The notes: generated from the sequence alone by a model not told the origin. A DNA stretch of 64,000 bases from Eledone cirrhosa (GCA_964016885.1 OZ024745.1:930001-994000); one strand, 5' to 3'. Shown: positions 1 to 17,399, counted from the first letter of the stretch. Program-made: numbers and translations.

Positions 1-2009
1 TAAACTAGATATATATGGTATTACAACATACAGGGATAGTGTACCTGGTATTACAACATACAGGGATACAGTGTACCTATTCTAAACTAGATATACATGG
101 TATTACAACATACAGGGATACAGTGTACCTATTCTAAACTAGATGTACATGGTATTACAACATACAGGGATACAGTGTACCTATTCTAAACTAGATATAC
201 ATGGTAGTATGACATACAGGATTACAGTGTACCTATTCTAAACTAGATATACATGGTATTACAACATACAGGGATACAGTGTACCTATTCTAAACTAGAT
301 ATACATGGTATTACAACATACAGGGATACAGTGTACCTATTCTAAACTAGATATACATGGTATTACAACATACAGGGATACAGTGTACCTATTCTAAACT
401 AGATATACATGGTATTATGACATACAGGGATAAAGCGTACCTATTCTAAAGTAGATATATATGGTCTTACAACATACAGGGATACATGGTAGCTATTCTA
501 AACTAGATATACATGGTATTATGACATACAGGGATACAGTGTACCTATTCTAAACTAGATATACATGGTATTACAACATACAGGGATACAGTGTACCTAT
601 TCTAAACTAGATATATATGGTATTACAACATACAGAGATACAGTGTACCTATTCTAAACTAGATATATATGGTCTTATGACATACAGGGATACAGTGTAC
701 CTATTCTAAACTAGATATATATGGTCTTACAACATACAGGGATGCAGTGTACCTATTCTAAACTAGATATATATGGTATTACATCATACAGGGATACAGT
801 GTACCTATTCTAAACTAGATATATATGGTATTACAACATACAGGGATACAGTGTACCTATTCTAAGCTAGATATATATGGTATTACAACATACAGGGATA
901 CAGTGTACCTATTCTAAACTAGATATATATGGTATTACAACATACAGGGATACAGTGTATCTATTCTAAACTAGATATATATGGTATTACAACATACAGG
1001 GATACAGTGTACCTATTCTAAACTAGATATATATGGTATTACAACATACAGGGATACAGTGTACCTATTCTAAACTAGATATATATGGTATTACAACATA
1101 CAGGGATACAGTGTACCTATTCTAAGCTAGATATACATGGTATTACAACATACAGGGATACAGTGTACCTATTCTAATCTAGATATATATGGTATTACAA
1201 CATACAGGGATACAGTGTACCTATTCTAAACTAGATATATATAGTATTACAACATACAGGGATACAGTGTACCTATTCTAAACTAGATATATATGGTATT
1301 ACAACATACAGGTATACATTGTACCTATTCTAAACTAGGTATATATGGTATTACAACATACAGGGATACAGTGTAACTATTCTAAACTAGATATACATGG
1401 TATTACAACATACAGGGATACAGTGTACCTATTTTAAACTAGATATACATGGTAGTATGACATACAGGGATACAGCGTACCTATTCTAAACTAGATATAC
1501 ATGGTCTTACAACATACAGGGATACAGTGTACCTATTCTAAACTAGATATACATGGTATTATGACATACAGGGATACAGTGTACCTTATTCTAAACTAGA
1601 TATACATGGTCTTATGACGTACAGGGATACAGTGTACCTATTCTAAACTAGATATACATGGTCTTACAACATACAGGGATACAGTGTACCTATTCTAAAT
1701 TAAATATATATGGTCTTATGACATACAGGGATACAGTGTACCTATTCTAAACTAGATATACATGGTATTACAACATACAGGGATACAGTGTACCTATTCT
1801 AAACTAGATATATATGGTATTACAACATACAGAGATACAGTGTACCTATAATAAAATAGATATACATGGTATTATGACATACAGGGATACAGTGTACCTA
1901 TTCTAAATTTGATATACATGGTATTACAACATACAGAGATACAGTGTACATATTCTAAACTAGATATACATGGTCTTACATCATCCAGGGATACAGAGCA
2001 CCTATTGTA

Positions 2010-5000
2010 AACTAGATATATATGGTATTACAACATACAGGGATACAGTGTACCTATTCTAAACTAGATATACATGGTATTAACACATACAGAGATACAG
2101 TGTACCTATTCTAAACTAGATATACATGGTATTACATCATACAGGGATACAGTGTACCTATTGTAAACTAGATATACATGGTATTACAACATACATGGAT
2201 ACAGTGTACCTATTCTAAACTAGATATATATGGTCTTACAACATACAGGGATACAGTGTACCTATTCTAAACTAGATATACATGGTATTACATCATACAG
2301 GGATACAGTGTACCTATTCTAAACTAGATATATATGGTATTACAACATACAGGGATACAGTGTACCTATTCTAAACTAGATATACATGGTATTACAACAT
2401 ACAGGGATACAGTGTACCTATTCTAAACTAGGTATATATGGTATTACAAAATACAGGGATACAGTGTACCTATTCTAAACTAGGTATACATGGTATTAAC
2501 ACATACAGAGATACAGTGTACCTATTCTAAACTAGATATATATGGTATTACAACATACAGGGATACAGTGTACCTATTCTAAACTAGATATACATGGTAT
2601 TACAACATACAGGGATACAGTGTACCTATTCTAAACTAGATATACATGGTATTACAACATACAGGGATACAGTGTACCTATTCTAAACTAGATATACATG
2701 GTATTACAACATACAGGGATACAGTGTACCTATTCTAAACTAGATATACATGGTATTACAACATACAGGGATACAGTGTACCTATTCTAAACTAGATATA
2801 CATGGTATTACAACATACAGGGATACAGTGTACCTATTCTAAACTAGATATACATGGTATTACAACATACAGGGATACAGTGTACCTATTCTAAACTAGA
2901 TATACATGGTAGTATGACATACAGGATTACAGTGTACCTATTCTAAACTAGATATACATGGTATTACAACATACAGGGATACAGTGTACCTATTCTAAAG
3001 TAGATATACATGGTAGTATGACATACAGGATTACAGTGTACCTATTCTAAACTAGATATACATGGTATTACAACATACAGGGATACAGTGTACCTATTCT
3101 AAACTAGATATACATGGTCTTATGACATACAGGGATACAGTGTACCTATTCTAAACTAGATATACATGGTATTACAACATACAGGGATACAGTGTACCTA
3201 TTCTAAACTAGATATACATGGTATTACAACATACAGGGATACAGTGTACCTATTCTAAACTAGATATACATGGTATTACAACATACAGGGATACAGTGTA
3301 CCTATTCTAAACTAGATATACATGGTCTTACAACATACAGGGATACAGTGTACCTATTCTAAACTAGATATATATGGTCTTATGACATACAGGGATACAG
3401 TGTACCTATTCTAAACTAGATATATATGGTCTTACAACATACAGGGATGCAGTGTACCTATTCTAAACTAGATATATATGGTATTACATCATACAGGGAT
3501 ACAGTGTACCTATTCTAAACTAGATATATATGGTATTACAACATACAGGGATACAGTGTACCTATTCTAATCTAGATATATATGGTATTACAACATACAG
3601 GGATACAGTGTACCTATTCTAAACTAGATATATATGGTATTACAACATACAGGGATACAGTGTACCTATTCTAAACTAGATATATATGGTATTACAACAT
3701 ACAGGGATACAGTGTACCTATTCTAAACTAGATATATATGGTATTACAACATACAGGGATACAGTATACCTATTCTAAACTAGATATATATGGTATTACA
3801 ACATACAGGTATACATTGTACCTATTCTAAACTAGGTATATATGGTATTACAACATACAGGGATACAGTGTAACTATTCTAAACTAGATATACATGGTAT
3901 TACAACATACAGGGATACAGTGTACCTATTCTAAACTAGGTATATATGGTATTACAAAATACAGGGATACAGTGTACCTATTCTAAACTAGGTATACATG
4001 GTATTAACACATACAGAGATACAGTGTACCTATTCTAAACTAGATATATATGGTATTACAACATACAGGGATACAGTGTACCTATTCTAAACTAGATATA
4101 CATGGTATTACAACATACAGGGATACAGTGTACCTATTCTAAACTAGATATACATGGTATTACAACATACAGGGATACAGTGTACCTATTCTAAACTAGA
4201 TATACATGGTATTACAACATACAGGGATACAGTGTACCTATTCTAAACTAGATATACATGGTATTACAACATACAGGGATACAGTGTACCTATTCTAAAC
4301 TAGATATACATGGTATTACAACATACAGGGATACAGTGTACCTATTCTAAACTAGATATACATGGTATTACAACATACAGGGATACAGTGTACCTATTCT
4401 AAACTAGATATACATGGTAGTATGACATACAGGATTACAGTGTACCTATTCTAAACTAGATATACATGGTATTACAACATACAGGGATACAGTGTACCTA
4501 TTCTAAACTAGATATACATGGTAGTATGACATACAGGATTACAGTGTACCTATTCTAAACTAGATATACATGGTATTACAACATACAGGGATACAGTGTA
4601 CCTATTCTAAACTAGATATACATGGTCTTATGACATACAGGGATACAGTGTACCTATTCTAAACTAGATATACATGGTATTACAACATACAGGGATACAG
4701 TGTACCTATTCTAAACTAGATATACATGGTATTACAACATACAGGGATACAGTGTACCTATTGTAAACTAGATATACATGGTATTACAACATACAGGGAT
4801 ACAGTGTACCTATTCTAAACTAGATATACATGGTATTATGACATACAGGGATACAGCGTACCTATTCTAAACTAGATATACATGGTCTTACAACATACAG
4901 GGATACAGTGTACCTATTCTAAACTAGATATACATGGTATTATGACATACAGGGATACAGTGTACCTATTCTAAACTAGATATACATGGTCTTGACATAC

Positions 5001-8000
5001 AGGGATACAGTGTACCTATTCTAAACTAGATATACATGGTATTACAACATACAGGGATACAGTGTACCTATTCTAAACTAGATATATATGGTATTACAAC
5101 ATACAGAGATACAGTGTACCTATTCTAAACTAGATATATATGGTCTTACAACATACAGGGATACAGTGTACCTATTCTAAACTAGATATATATGATATTA
5201 CAACATACAGGGATACAGTGTACCTATTCTAAACTAGATATACATGGTATTACAACATACAGGGATACAGTGTACCTATTCTAAACTAGATATACATGGT
5301 ATTATGACATACAGGGATACAGTGTACCTATTCTAAACTAGATATACATGGTCTTACAACATACAGGGATACAGTGTACCTATTCTAAACTAGATATATA
5401 TGGTCTTATGACATACAGGGATACAGTGTACCTATTCTAAACTAGATATATATGGTCTTACAACATACAGGGATGCAGTGTACCTATTCTAAACTAGATA
5501 TATATGGTATTACATCATACAGGGATACAGTGTACCTATTCTAAACTAGATATATATGGTATTACAACATACAGGGATACAGTGTACCTATTCTAATCTA
5601 GATATATATGGTATTACAACATACAGGGATACAGTGTACCTATTCTAAACTAGATATATATGGTATTACAACATACAGGGATACAGTGTACCTATTCTAA
5701 ACTAGATATATATGGTATTACAACATACAGGGATACAGTGTACCTATTCTAAACTAGATATATATGGTATTACAACATACAGGGATACAGTATACCTATT
5801 CTAAACTAGATATATATGGTATTACAACATACAGGTATACATTGTACCTATTCTAAACTAGGTATATATGGTATTACAACATACAGGGATACAGTGTAAC
5901 TATTCTAAACTAGATATACATGGTATTACAACATACAGGGATACAGTGTACCTATTTTAAACTAGATATACATGGTAGTATGACATACAGGGATACAGCG
6001 TACCTATTCTAAACTAGATATACATGGTCTTACAACATACAGGGATACAGTGTACCTATTCTAAACTAGATATACATGGTATTATGACATACAGGGATAC
6101 AGTGTACCTATTCTAAACTAGATATACATGGTTTTATGACATACAGGGATACAGTGTACCTATTCTAAACTAGATATACATGGTCTTACAACATACAGGG
6201 ATACAGTGTACCTATTCTAAACTAGATATACATGGTATTATGACATACAGGGATACAGTGTACCTATTCTAAACTAGATATAGATGGTCTTATGACATAC
6301 AGGGATACAGTGTACCTATTCTAAACTAGATATACATGGTCTTACAACATACAGGGATACAGTGTACCTATTCTAAACTAAATATATATGGTATTATGAC
6401 ATACAGGGATACAGTGTACCTATTCTAAACTAGATATACATGGTATTACAACATACAGGGATACAGTGTACCTATTCTAAACTAGATATATATGGTATTA
6501 CAACATACAGAGATACAGTGTACCTATAATAAAATAGATATACATGGTATTATGACATACAGGGATACAGTGTACCTATTCTAAATTTGATATACATGGT
6601 ATTACAACATACAGAGATACAGTGTACCTATTCTAAACTAGATATACATGGTCTTACAACATACAGGGATACAGTGTACCTATTCTAAACTAGATATACA
6701 TGGTATTACAACATACAGGGATACAGTGTACCTATTCTAAACTAGATATACATGGTCTTACAACATACAGGGATACAGTGTACCTATTCTAAACTAGATA
6801 TACATGGTATTACAACATACAGGGATACAGTGTACCTATTCTAAACTAGATATATATGGTATTACAACATACAGGGATACAGTGTACCTATTCTAAACTA
6901 GATATACATGGTATTACAACATACAGGGATACAGTGTACCTATTCTAAACTAGATATACATGGTATTACAACATACAGGGATACAGTGTACCTATTCTAA
7001 ACTAGATATACATGGTCTTACAACATACAAGGATACAGTGTACCTATTCTAAACTAGATATACATGGTATTACAACATACAGGGATACAGTGTACCTATT
7101 CTAAACTAGATATACATGGTCTTACAACATACAGGGATACAGTGTACCTATTCTAAACTAGATATACATGGTATTACAACATACAGGGATACAGTGTACC
7201 TATTCTAAACTAGATATATATGGTATTACAACATACAGGGATAGTGTACCTGGTATTACAACATACAGGGATACAGTGTACCTATTCTAAACTAGATATA
7301 CATGGTATTACAACATACAAGGATACAGTGTACCTATTCTAAACTAGATGTACATGGTATTACAACATACAGGGATACAGTGTACCTATTCTAAACTAGA
7401 TATACATGGTAGTATGACATACAGGATTACAGTGTACCTATTCTAAACTAGATATACATGGTATTACAACATACAGGGATACAGTGTACCTATTCTAAAC
7501 TAGATATACATGGTATTACAACATACAGGGATACAGTGTACCTATTCTAAACTAGATATACATGGTATTACAACATACAGGGATACAGTGTACCTATTCT
7601 AAACTAGATATACATGGTATTATGACATACAGGGATAAAGCGTACCTATTCTAAAGTAGATATATATGGTCTTACAACATACAGGGATACAGTGTAGCTA
7701 TTCTAAACTAGATATACATGGTATTATGACATACAGGGATACAGTGTACCTATTCTAAACTAGATATACATGGTATTACAACATACAGGGATACAGTGTA
7801 CCTATTCTAAACTAGATATATATGGTATTACAACATACAGAGATACAGTGTACCTATTCTAAACTAGATATATATGGTCTTATGACATACAGGGATACAG
7901 TGTACCTATTCTAAACTAGATATGTATGGTCTTACAACATACAGGGATGCAGTGTACCTATTCTAAACTAGATATATATGGTATTACATCATACAGGGAT

Positions 8001-10700
8001 ACAGTGTACCTATTCTAAACTAGATATATATGGTCTTACAACATACAGGGATGCAGTGTACCTATTCTAAACTAGATATATATGGTATTACATCATACAG
8101 GGATACAGTGTACCTATTCTAAACTAGATATATATGGTATTACAACATACAGGGATACAGTGTACCTATTCTAAACTAGATATACATGGTATTAACACAT
8201 ACAGAGATACAGTGTACCTATTCTAAACTAGATATACATGGTATTACATCATACAGGGATACAGTGTACCTATTGTAAACTAGATATACATGGTATTACA
8301 ACATACATGGATACAGTGTACCTATTCTAAACTAGATATATATGGTCTTACAACATACAGGGATACAGTGTACCTATTCTAAACTAGATATACATGGTAT
8401 TACATCATACAGGGATACAGTGTACCTATTCTAAACTAGATATATATGGTATTACAACATACAGGGATACAGTGTACCTATTCTAAACTAGATATACATG
8501 GTATTACAACATACAGGGATACAGTGTACCTATTCTAAACTAGGTATATATGGTATTACAAAATACAGGGATACAGTGTACCTATTCTAAACTAGGTATA
8601 CATGGTATTAACACATACAGAGATACAGTGTACCTATTCTAAACTAGATATATATGGTATTACAACATACAGGGATACAGTGTACCTATTCTAAACTAGA
8701 TATACATGGTATTACAACATACAGGGATACAGTGTACCTATTCTAAACTAGATATACATGGTATTACAACATACAGGGATACAGTGTACCTATTCTAAAC
8801 TAGATATACATGGTATTACAACATACAGGGATACAGTGTACCTATTCTAAACTAGATATACATGGTATTACAACATACAGGGATACAGTGTACCTATTCT
8901 AAACTAGATATACATGGTATTACAACATACAGGGATACAGTGTACCTATTCTAAACTAGATATACATGGTATTACAACATACAGGGATACAGTGTACCTA
9001 TTCTAAACTAGATATACATGGTAGTATGACATACAGGATTACAGTGTACCTATTCTAAACTAGATATACATGGTATTACAACATACAGGGATACAGTGTA
9101 CCTATTCTAAACTAGATATACATGGTAGTATGACATACAGGATTACAGTGTACCTATTCTAAACTAGATATACATGGTATTACAACATACAGGGATACAG
9201 TGTACCTATTCTAAACTAGATATACATGGTCTTATGACATACAGGGATACAGTGTACCTATTCTAAACTAGATATACATGGTATTACAACATACAGGGAT
9301 ACAGTGTACCTATTCTAAACTAGATATACATGGTATTACAACATACAGGGATACAGTGTACCTATTCTAAACTAGATATACATGGTATTACAACATACAG
9401 GGATACAGTGTACCTATTCTAAACTAGATATACATGGTCTTACAACATACAGGGATACAGTGTACCTATTCTAAACTAGATATATATGGTCTTATGACAT
9501 ACAGGGATACAGTGTACCTATTCTAAACTAGATATATATGGTCTTACAACATACAGGGATGCAGTGTACCTATTCTAAACTAGATATATATGGTATTACA
9601 TCATACAGGGATACAGTGTACCTATTCTAAACTAGATATATATGGTATTACAACATACAGGGATACAGTGTACCTATTCTAATCTAGATATATATGGTAT
9701 TACAACATACAGGGATACAGTGTACCTATTCTAAACTAGATATATATGGTATTACAACATACAGGGATACAGTGTACCTATTCTAAACTAGATATATATG
9801 GTATTACAACATACAGGGATACAGTGTACCTATTCTAAACTAGATATATATGGTATTACAACATACAGGGATACAGTATACCTATTCTAAACTAGATATA
9901 TATGGTATTACAACATACAGGTATACATTGTACCTATTCTAAACTAGGTATATATGGTATTACAACATACAGGGATACAGTGTAACTATTCTAAACTAGA
10001 TATACATGGTATTACAACATACAGGGATACAGTGTACCTATTCTAAACTAGGTATATATGGTATTACAAAATACAGGGATACAGTGTACCTATTCTAAAC
10101 TAGGTATACATGGTATTAACACATACAGAGATACAGTGTACCTATTCTAAACTAGATATATATGGTATTACAACATACAGGGATACAGTGTACCTATTCT
10201 AAACTAGATATACATGGTATTACAACATACAGGGATACAGTGTACCTATTCTAAACTAGATATACATGGTATTACAACATACAGGGATACAGTGTACCTA
10301 TTCTAAACTAGATATACATGGTATTACAACATACAGGGATACAGTGTACCTATTCTAAACTAGATATACATGGTATTACAACATACAGGGATACAGTGTA
10401 CCTATTCTAAACTAGATATACATGGTATTACAACATACAGGGATACAGTGTACCTATTCTAAACTAGATATACATGGTATTACAACATACAGGGATACAG
10501 TGTACCTATTCTAAACTAGATATACATGGTAGTATGACATACAGGATTACAGCGTACCTATTCTAAACTAGATATACATGGTATTACAACATACAGGGAT
10601 ACAGTGTACCTATTCTAAACTAGATATACATGGTAGTATGACATACAGGATTACAGTGTACCTATTCTAAACTAGATATACATGGTATTACAACATACAG
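2010..10700. repeat. Block duplication: about 2010-4600 copied at about 8120-10700 (offset 6,112 bp)
   Basis: ATACATGGAT at 2191 vs 8303, followed in both by the same order of CTAGG/ACAAAAT, TTAACAC/AGAG, a consensus run, paired GGATTACAG monomers and the GGTATACATTG/GTAACT group. Confidence 0.8.
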
Positions 10701-13700
10701 GGATACAGTGTACCTATTCTAAACTAGATATACATGGTATTATGACATACAGGGATACAGTGTACCTATTCTAAACTAGATATACATGGTCTTACAACAT
10801 ACAGGGATACAGTGTACCTATTCTAAACTAGATATATATGGTCTTATGACATACAGGGATACAGTGTACCTATTCTAAACTAGATATATATGGTCTTACA
10901 ACATACAGGGATGCAGTGTACCTATTCTAAACTAGATATATATGGTATTACATCATACAGGGATACAGTGTACCTATTCTAAACTAGATATATATGGTAT
11001 TACAACATACAGGGATACAGTGTACCTATTCTAATCTAGATATATATGGTATTACAACATACAGGGATACAGTGTACCTATTCTAAACTAGATATATATG
11101 GTATTACAACATACAGGGATACAGTGTACCTATTCTAAACTAGATATATATGGTATTACAACATACAGGGATACAGTGTACCTATTCTAAACTAGATATA
11201 TATGGTATTACAACATACAGGGATACAGTATACCTATTCTAAACTAGATATATATGGTATTACAACATACAGGTATACATTGTACCTATTCTAAACTAGG
11301 TATATATGGTATTACAACATACAGGGATACAGTGTAACTATTCTAAACTAGATATACATGGTATTACAACATACAGGGATACAGTGTACCTATTTTAAAC
11401 TAGATATACATGGTAGTATGACATACAGGGATACAGCGTACCTATTCTAAACTAGATATACATGGTCTTACAACATACAGGGATACAGTGTACCTATTCT
11501 AAACTAGATATACATGGTATTATGACATACAGGGATACAGTGTACCTATTCTAAACTAGATATACATGGTTTTATGACATACAGGGATACAGTGTACCTA
11601 TTCTAAACTAGATATACATGGTCTTACAACATACAGGGATACAGTGTACCTATTCTAAACTAGATATACATGGTATTATGACATACAGGGATACAGTGTA
11701 CCTATTCTAAACTAGATATAGATGGTCTTATGACATACAGGGATACAGTGTACCTATTCTAAACTAGATATACATGGTCTTACAACATACAGGGATACAG
11801 TGTACCTATTCTAAACTAAATATATATGGTATTATGACATACAGGGATACAGTGTACCTATTCTAAACTAGATATACATGGTATTACAACATACAGGGAT
11901 ACAGTGTACCTATTCTAAACTAGATATATATGGTATTACAACATACAGAGATACAGTGTACCTATAATAAAATAGATATACATGGTATTATGACATACAG
12001 GGATACAGTGTACCTATTCTAAATTTGATATACATGGTATTACAACATACAGAGATACAGTGTACCTATTCTAAACTAGATATACATGGTCTTACAACAT
12101 ACAGGGATACAGTGTACCTATTCTAAACTAGATATACATGGTATTACAACATACAGGGATACAGTGTACCTATTCTAAACTAGATATACATGGTCTTACA
12201 ACATACAGGGATACAGTGTACCTATTCTAAACTAGATATACATGGTATTACAACATACAGGGATACAGTGTACCTATTCTAAACTAGATATATATGGTAT
12301 TACAACATACAGGGATACAGTGTACCTATTCTAAACTAGATATACATGGTATTACAACATACAGGGATACAGTGTACCTATTCTAAACTAGATATACATG
12401 GTATTACAACATACAGGGATACAGTGTACCTATTCTAAACTAGATATACATGGTCTTACAACATACAAGGATACAGTGTACCTATTCTAAACTAGATATA
12501 CATGGTATTACAACATACAGGGATACAGTGTACCTATTCTAAACTAGATATACATGGTCTTACAACATACAGGGATACAGTGTACCTATTCTAAACTAGA
12601 TATACATGGTATTACAACATACAGGGATACAGTGTACCTATTCTAAACTAGATATATATGGTATTACAACATACAGGGATAGTGTACCTGGTATTACAAC
12701 ATACAGGGATACAGTGTACCTATTCTAAACTAGATATACATGGTATTACAACATACAAGGATACAGTGTACCTATTCTAAACTAGATGTACATGGTATTA
12801 CAACATACAGGGATACAGTGTACCTATTCTAAACTAGATATACATGGTAGTATGACATACAGGATTACAGTGTACCTATTCTAAACTAGATATACATGGT
12901 ATTACAACATACAGGGATACAGTGTACCTATTCTAAACTAGATATACATGGTATTACAACATACAGGGATACAGTGTACCTATTCTAAACTAGATATACA
13001 TGGTATTACAACATACAGGGATACAGTGTACCTATTCTAAACTAGATATACATGGTATTATGACATACAGGGATAAAGCGTACCTATTCTAAAGTAGATA
13101 TATATGGTCTTACAACATACAGGGATACAGTGTAGCTATTCTAAACTAGATATACATGGTATTATGACATACAGGGATACAGTGTACCTATTCTAAACTA
13201 GATATATATGGTATTACAACATACAGGGATACAGTGTACCTATTCTAAACTAGATATATATGGTATTACAACATACAGAGATACAGTGTACCTATTCTAA
13301 ACTAGATATATATGGTCTTATGACATACAGGGATACAGTGTACCTATTCTAAACTAGATATATATGGTCTTACAACATACAGGGATGCAGTGTACCTATT
13401 CTAAACTAGATATATATGGTATTACATCATACAGGGATACAGTGTACCTATTCTAAACTAGATATATATGGTCTTACAACATACAGGGATGCAGTGTACC
13501 TATTCTAAACTAGATATATATGGTATTACATCATACAGGGATACAGTGTACCTATTCTAAACTAGATATATATGGTATTACAACATACAGGGATACAGTG
13601 TACCTATTCTAAACTAGATATACATGGTATTAACACATACAGAGATACAGTGTACCTATTCTAAACTAGATATACATGGTATTACATCATACAGGGATAC

Positions 13701-14250
13701 AGTGTACCTATTGTAAACTAGATATACATGGTATTACAACATACATGGATACAGTGTACCTATTCTAAACTAGATATATATGGTCTTACAACATACAGGG
13801 ATACAGTGTACCTATTCTAAACTAGATATACATGGTATTACATCATACAGGGATACAGTGTACCTATTCTAAACTAGATATATATGGTATTACAACATAC
13901 AGGGATACAGTGTACCTATTCTAAACTAGATATACATGGTATTACAACATACAGGGATACAGTGTACCTATTCTAAACTAGGTATATATGGTATTACAAA
14001 ATACAGGGATACAGTGTACCTATTCTAAACTAGGTATACATGGTATTAACACATACAGAGATACAGTGTACCTATTCTAAACTAGATATATATGGTATTA
14101 CAACATACAGGGATACAGTGTACCTATTCTAAACTAGATATACATGGTATTACAACATACAGGGATACAGTGTACCTATTCTAAACTAGATATACATGGT
14201 ATTACAACATACAGGGATACAGTGTACCTATTCTAAACTAGATATACATG
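5230..14250. repeat. Block duplication: about 5230-8800 copied at about 10670-14250 (offset 5,438 bp = 104x52+30)
   Basis: TAGATGG at 6281 vs 11719 and the truncated-monomer junction at 7251 vs 12689 both give 5438. Intervening markers (GGTTTTATGAC, CAAGG, TATAATAAAA, GATAAAGCG) are collinear. Confidence 0.88.
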
Positions 14251-17200
14251 GTATTACAACATACAGGGATACAGTGTACCTATTCTAAACTAGATATACA
14301 TGGTCTTATGACATACAGGGATACAGTGTACCTATTCTAAACTAGATATACATGGTCTTACAACATACAGGGATACAGTGTACCTATTCTAAACTAAATA
14401 TATATGGTATTATGACATACAGGGATACAGTGTACCTATTCTAAACTAGATATACATGGTATTACAACATACAGGGATACAGTGTACCTATTCTAAACTA
14501 GATATATATGGTATTACAACATACAGAGATACAGTGTACCTATAATAAAATAGATATACATGGTATTATGACATACAGGGATACAGTGTACCTATTCTAA
14601 ATTTGATATACATGGTATTACAACATACAGGGATACAGTGTACCTATTCTAAACTAGATATACATGGTATTACAACATACAGGGATACAGTGTACCTATT
14701 CTAAACTAGATATATATGGTATTACAACATACAGGGATAGTGTACCTGGTATTACAACATACAGGGATACAGTGTACCTATTCTAAACTAGATATACATG
14801 GTATTACAACATACAAGGATACAGTGTACCTATTCCAAACTAGATGTACATGGTATTACAACATACAGGGATACAGTGTACCTATTCTAAACTAGATATA
14901 CATGGTAGTATGACATACAGGATTACAGTGTACCTATTCTAAACTAGATATACATGGTATTACAACATACAGGGATACAGTGTACCTATTCTAAACTAGA
15001 TATACATGGTATTACAACATACAGGGATACAGTGTACCTATTCTAAACTAGATATACATGGTATTACAACATACAGGGATACAGTGTACCTATTCTAAAC
15101 TAGATATACATGGTATTATGACATACAGGGATAAAGCGTACCTATTCTAAAGTAGATATATATGGTCTTACAACATACAGGGATACAGTGTAGCTATTCT
15201 AAACTAGATATACATGGTATTATGACATACAGGGATACAGTGTACCTATTCTAAACTAGATATACATGGTATTACAACATACAGGGATACAGTGTACCTA
15301 TTCTAAACTAGATATATATGGTATTACAACATACAGAGATACAGTGTACCTATTCTAAACTAGATATATATGGTCTTATGACATACAGGGATACAGTGTA
15401 CCTATTCTAAACTAGATATATATGGTCTTACAACATACAGGGATGCAGTGTACCTATTCTAAACTAGATATATATGGTATTACATCATACAGGGATACAG
15501 TGTACCTATTCTAAACTAGATATATATGGTATTACAACATACAGGGATACAGTGTACCTATTCTAAGCTAGATATATATGGTATTACAACATACAGGGAT
15601 ACAGTGTACCTATTCTAAACTAGATATATATGGTATTACAACATACAGGGATACAGTGTATCTATTCTAAACTAGATATATATGGTATTACAACATACAG
15701 GGATACAGTGTACCTATTCTAAACTAGATATATATGGTATTACAACATACAGGGATACAGTGTACCTATTCTAAACTAGATATATATGGTATTACAACAT
15801 ACAGGGATACAGTGTACCTATTCTAAGCTAGATATACATGGTATTACAACATACAGGGATACAGTGTACCTATTCTAATCTAGATATATATGGTATTACA
15901 ACATACAGGGATACAGTGTACCTATTCTAAACTAGATATATATAGTATTACAACATACAGGGATACAGTGTACCTATTCTAAACTAGATATATATGGTAT
16001 TACAACATACAGGTATACATTGTACCTATTCTAAACTAGGTATATATGGTATTACAACATACAGGGATACAGTGTAACTATTCTAAACTAGATATACATG
16101 GTATTACAACATACAGGGATACAGTGTACCTATTTTAAACTAGATATACATGGTAGTATGACATACAGGGATACAGCGTACCTATTCTAAACTAGATATA
16201 CATGGTCTTACAACATACAGGGATACAGTGTACCTATTCTAAACTAGATATACATGGTATTATGACATACAGGGATACAGTGTACCTATTCTAAACTAGA
16301 TATACATGGTCTTATGACGTACAGGGATACAGTGTACCTATTCTAAACTAGATATACATGGTCTTACAACATACAGGGATACAGTGTACCTATTGTAAAC
16401 TAGATATACATGGTATTATGACATACAGGGATACAGTGTACCTATTCTAAACTAGATATACATGGTCTTATGACGTACAGGGATACAGTGTACCTATTCT
16501 AAACTAGATATACATGGTATTACAACATACAGGGATACAGTGTACCTATTCTAAACTAAATATATATGGTATTATGACATACAGGGATACAGTGTACCTA
16601 TTCTAAACTAGATATACATGGTATTACAACATACAGGGATACAGTGTACCTATTCTAAACTAGATATATATGGTATTACAACATACAGAGATACAGTGTA
16701 CCTATAATAAAATAGATATACATGGTATTATGACATACAGGGATACAGTGTACCTATTCTAAATTTGATATACATGGTATTACAACATACAGAGATACAG
16801 TGTACATATTCTAAACTAGATATACATGGTCTTACATCATCCAGGGATACAGAGTACCTATTGTAAACTAGATATATATGGTATTACAACATACAGGGAT
16901 ACAGTGTACCTATTCTAAACTAGATATACATGGTATTAACACATACAGAGATACAGTGTACCTATTCTAAACTAGATATACATGGTATTACATCATACAG
17001 GGATACAGTGTACCTATTGTAAACTAGATATACATGGTATTACAACATACATGGATACAGTGTACCTATTCTAAACTAGATATACATGGTATTACAACAT
17101 ACAGGGATACAGTGTACCTATTCTAAACTAGATATACATGGTATTAACACATACAGGGATACAGTGTACCTATTCTAAACTAGATATACATGGTATTACA

Positions 17201-17399
17201 ACATACAGGGATACAGTGTACCTATTCTAAACTAGATATACATGGTATTACAACATACAGGGATACAGTGTACCTATTCTAAACTAGATATACATGGTAT
17301 TACAACATACAGGGATACAGTGTACCTATTCTAAACTAGATATACATGGTATTACAACATACAGGGATACAGTGTACCTATTCTAAACTAGATATACAT

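Larger units (their letters stand above)
1..17080. repeat. Dispersed block duplication: about 1-2210 copied at about 14700-17080 (initial offset 14,701 bp)
   Basis: Same ordered markers in both blocks: 30-bp truncated monomer (46 vs 14747), GATAAAGCG/AAAGTAG, TCTAAGCTAG (861 vs 15562), GTGTATCT, TATAGT, GACGTAC, TACATATT, CATCCAGG. The second copy has a few extra monomers. Confidence 0.85.

Noticed and set aside
1848-1860. TATAAT as a bacterial -10 promoter box
   Set aside because: There is no appropriately spaced -35 element and no downstream gene. The motif is a variant of an AT-rich repeat, so it was not annotated as regulatory.
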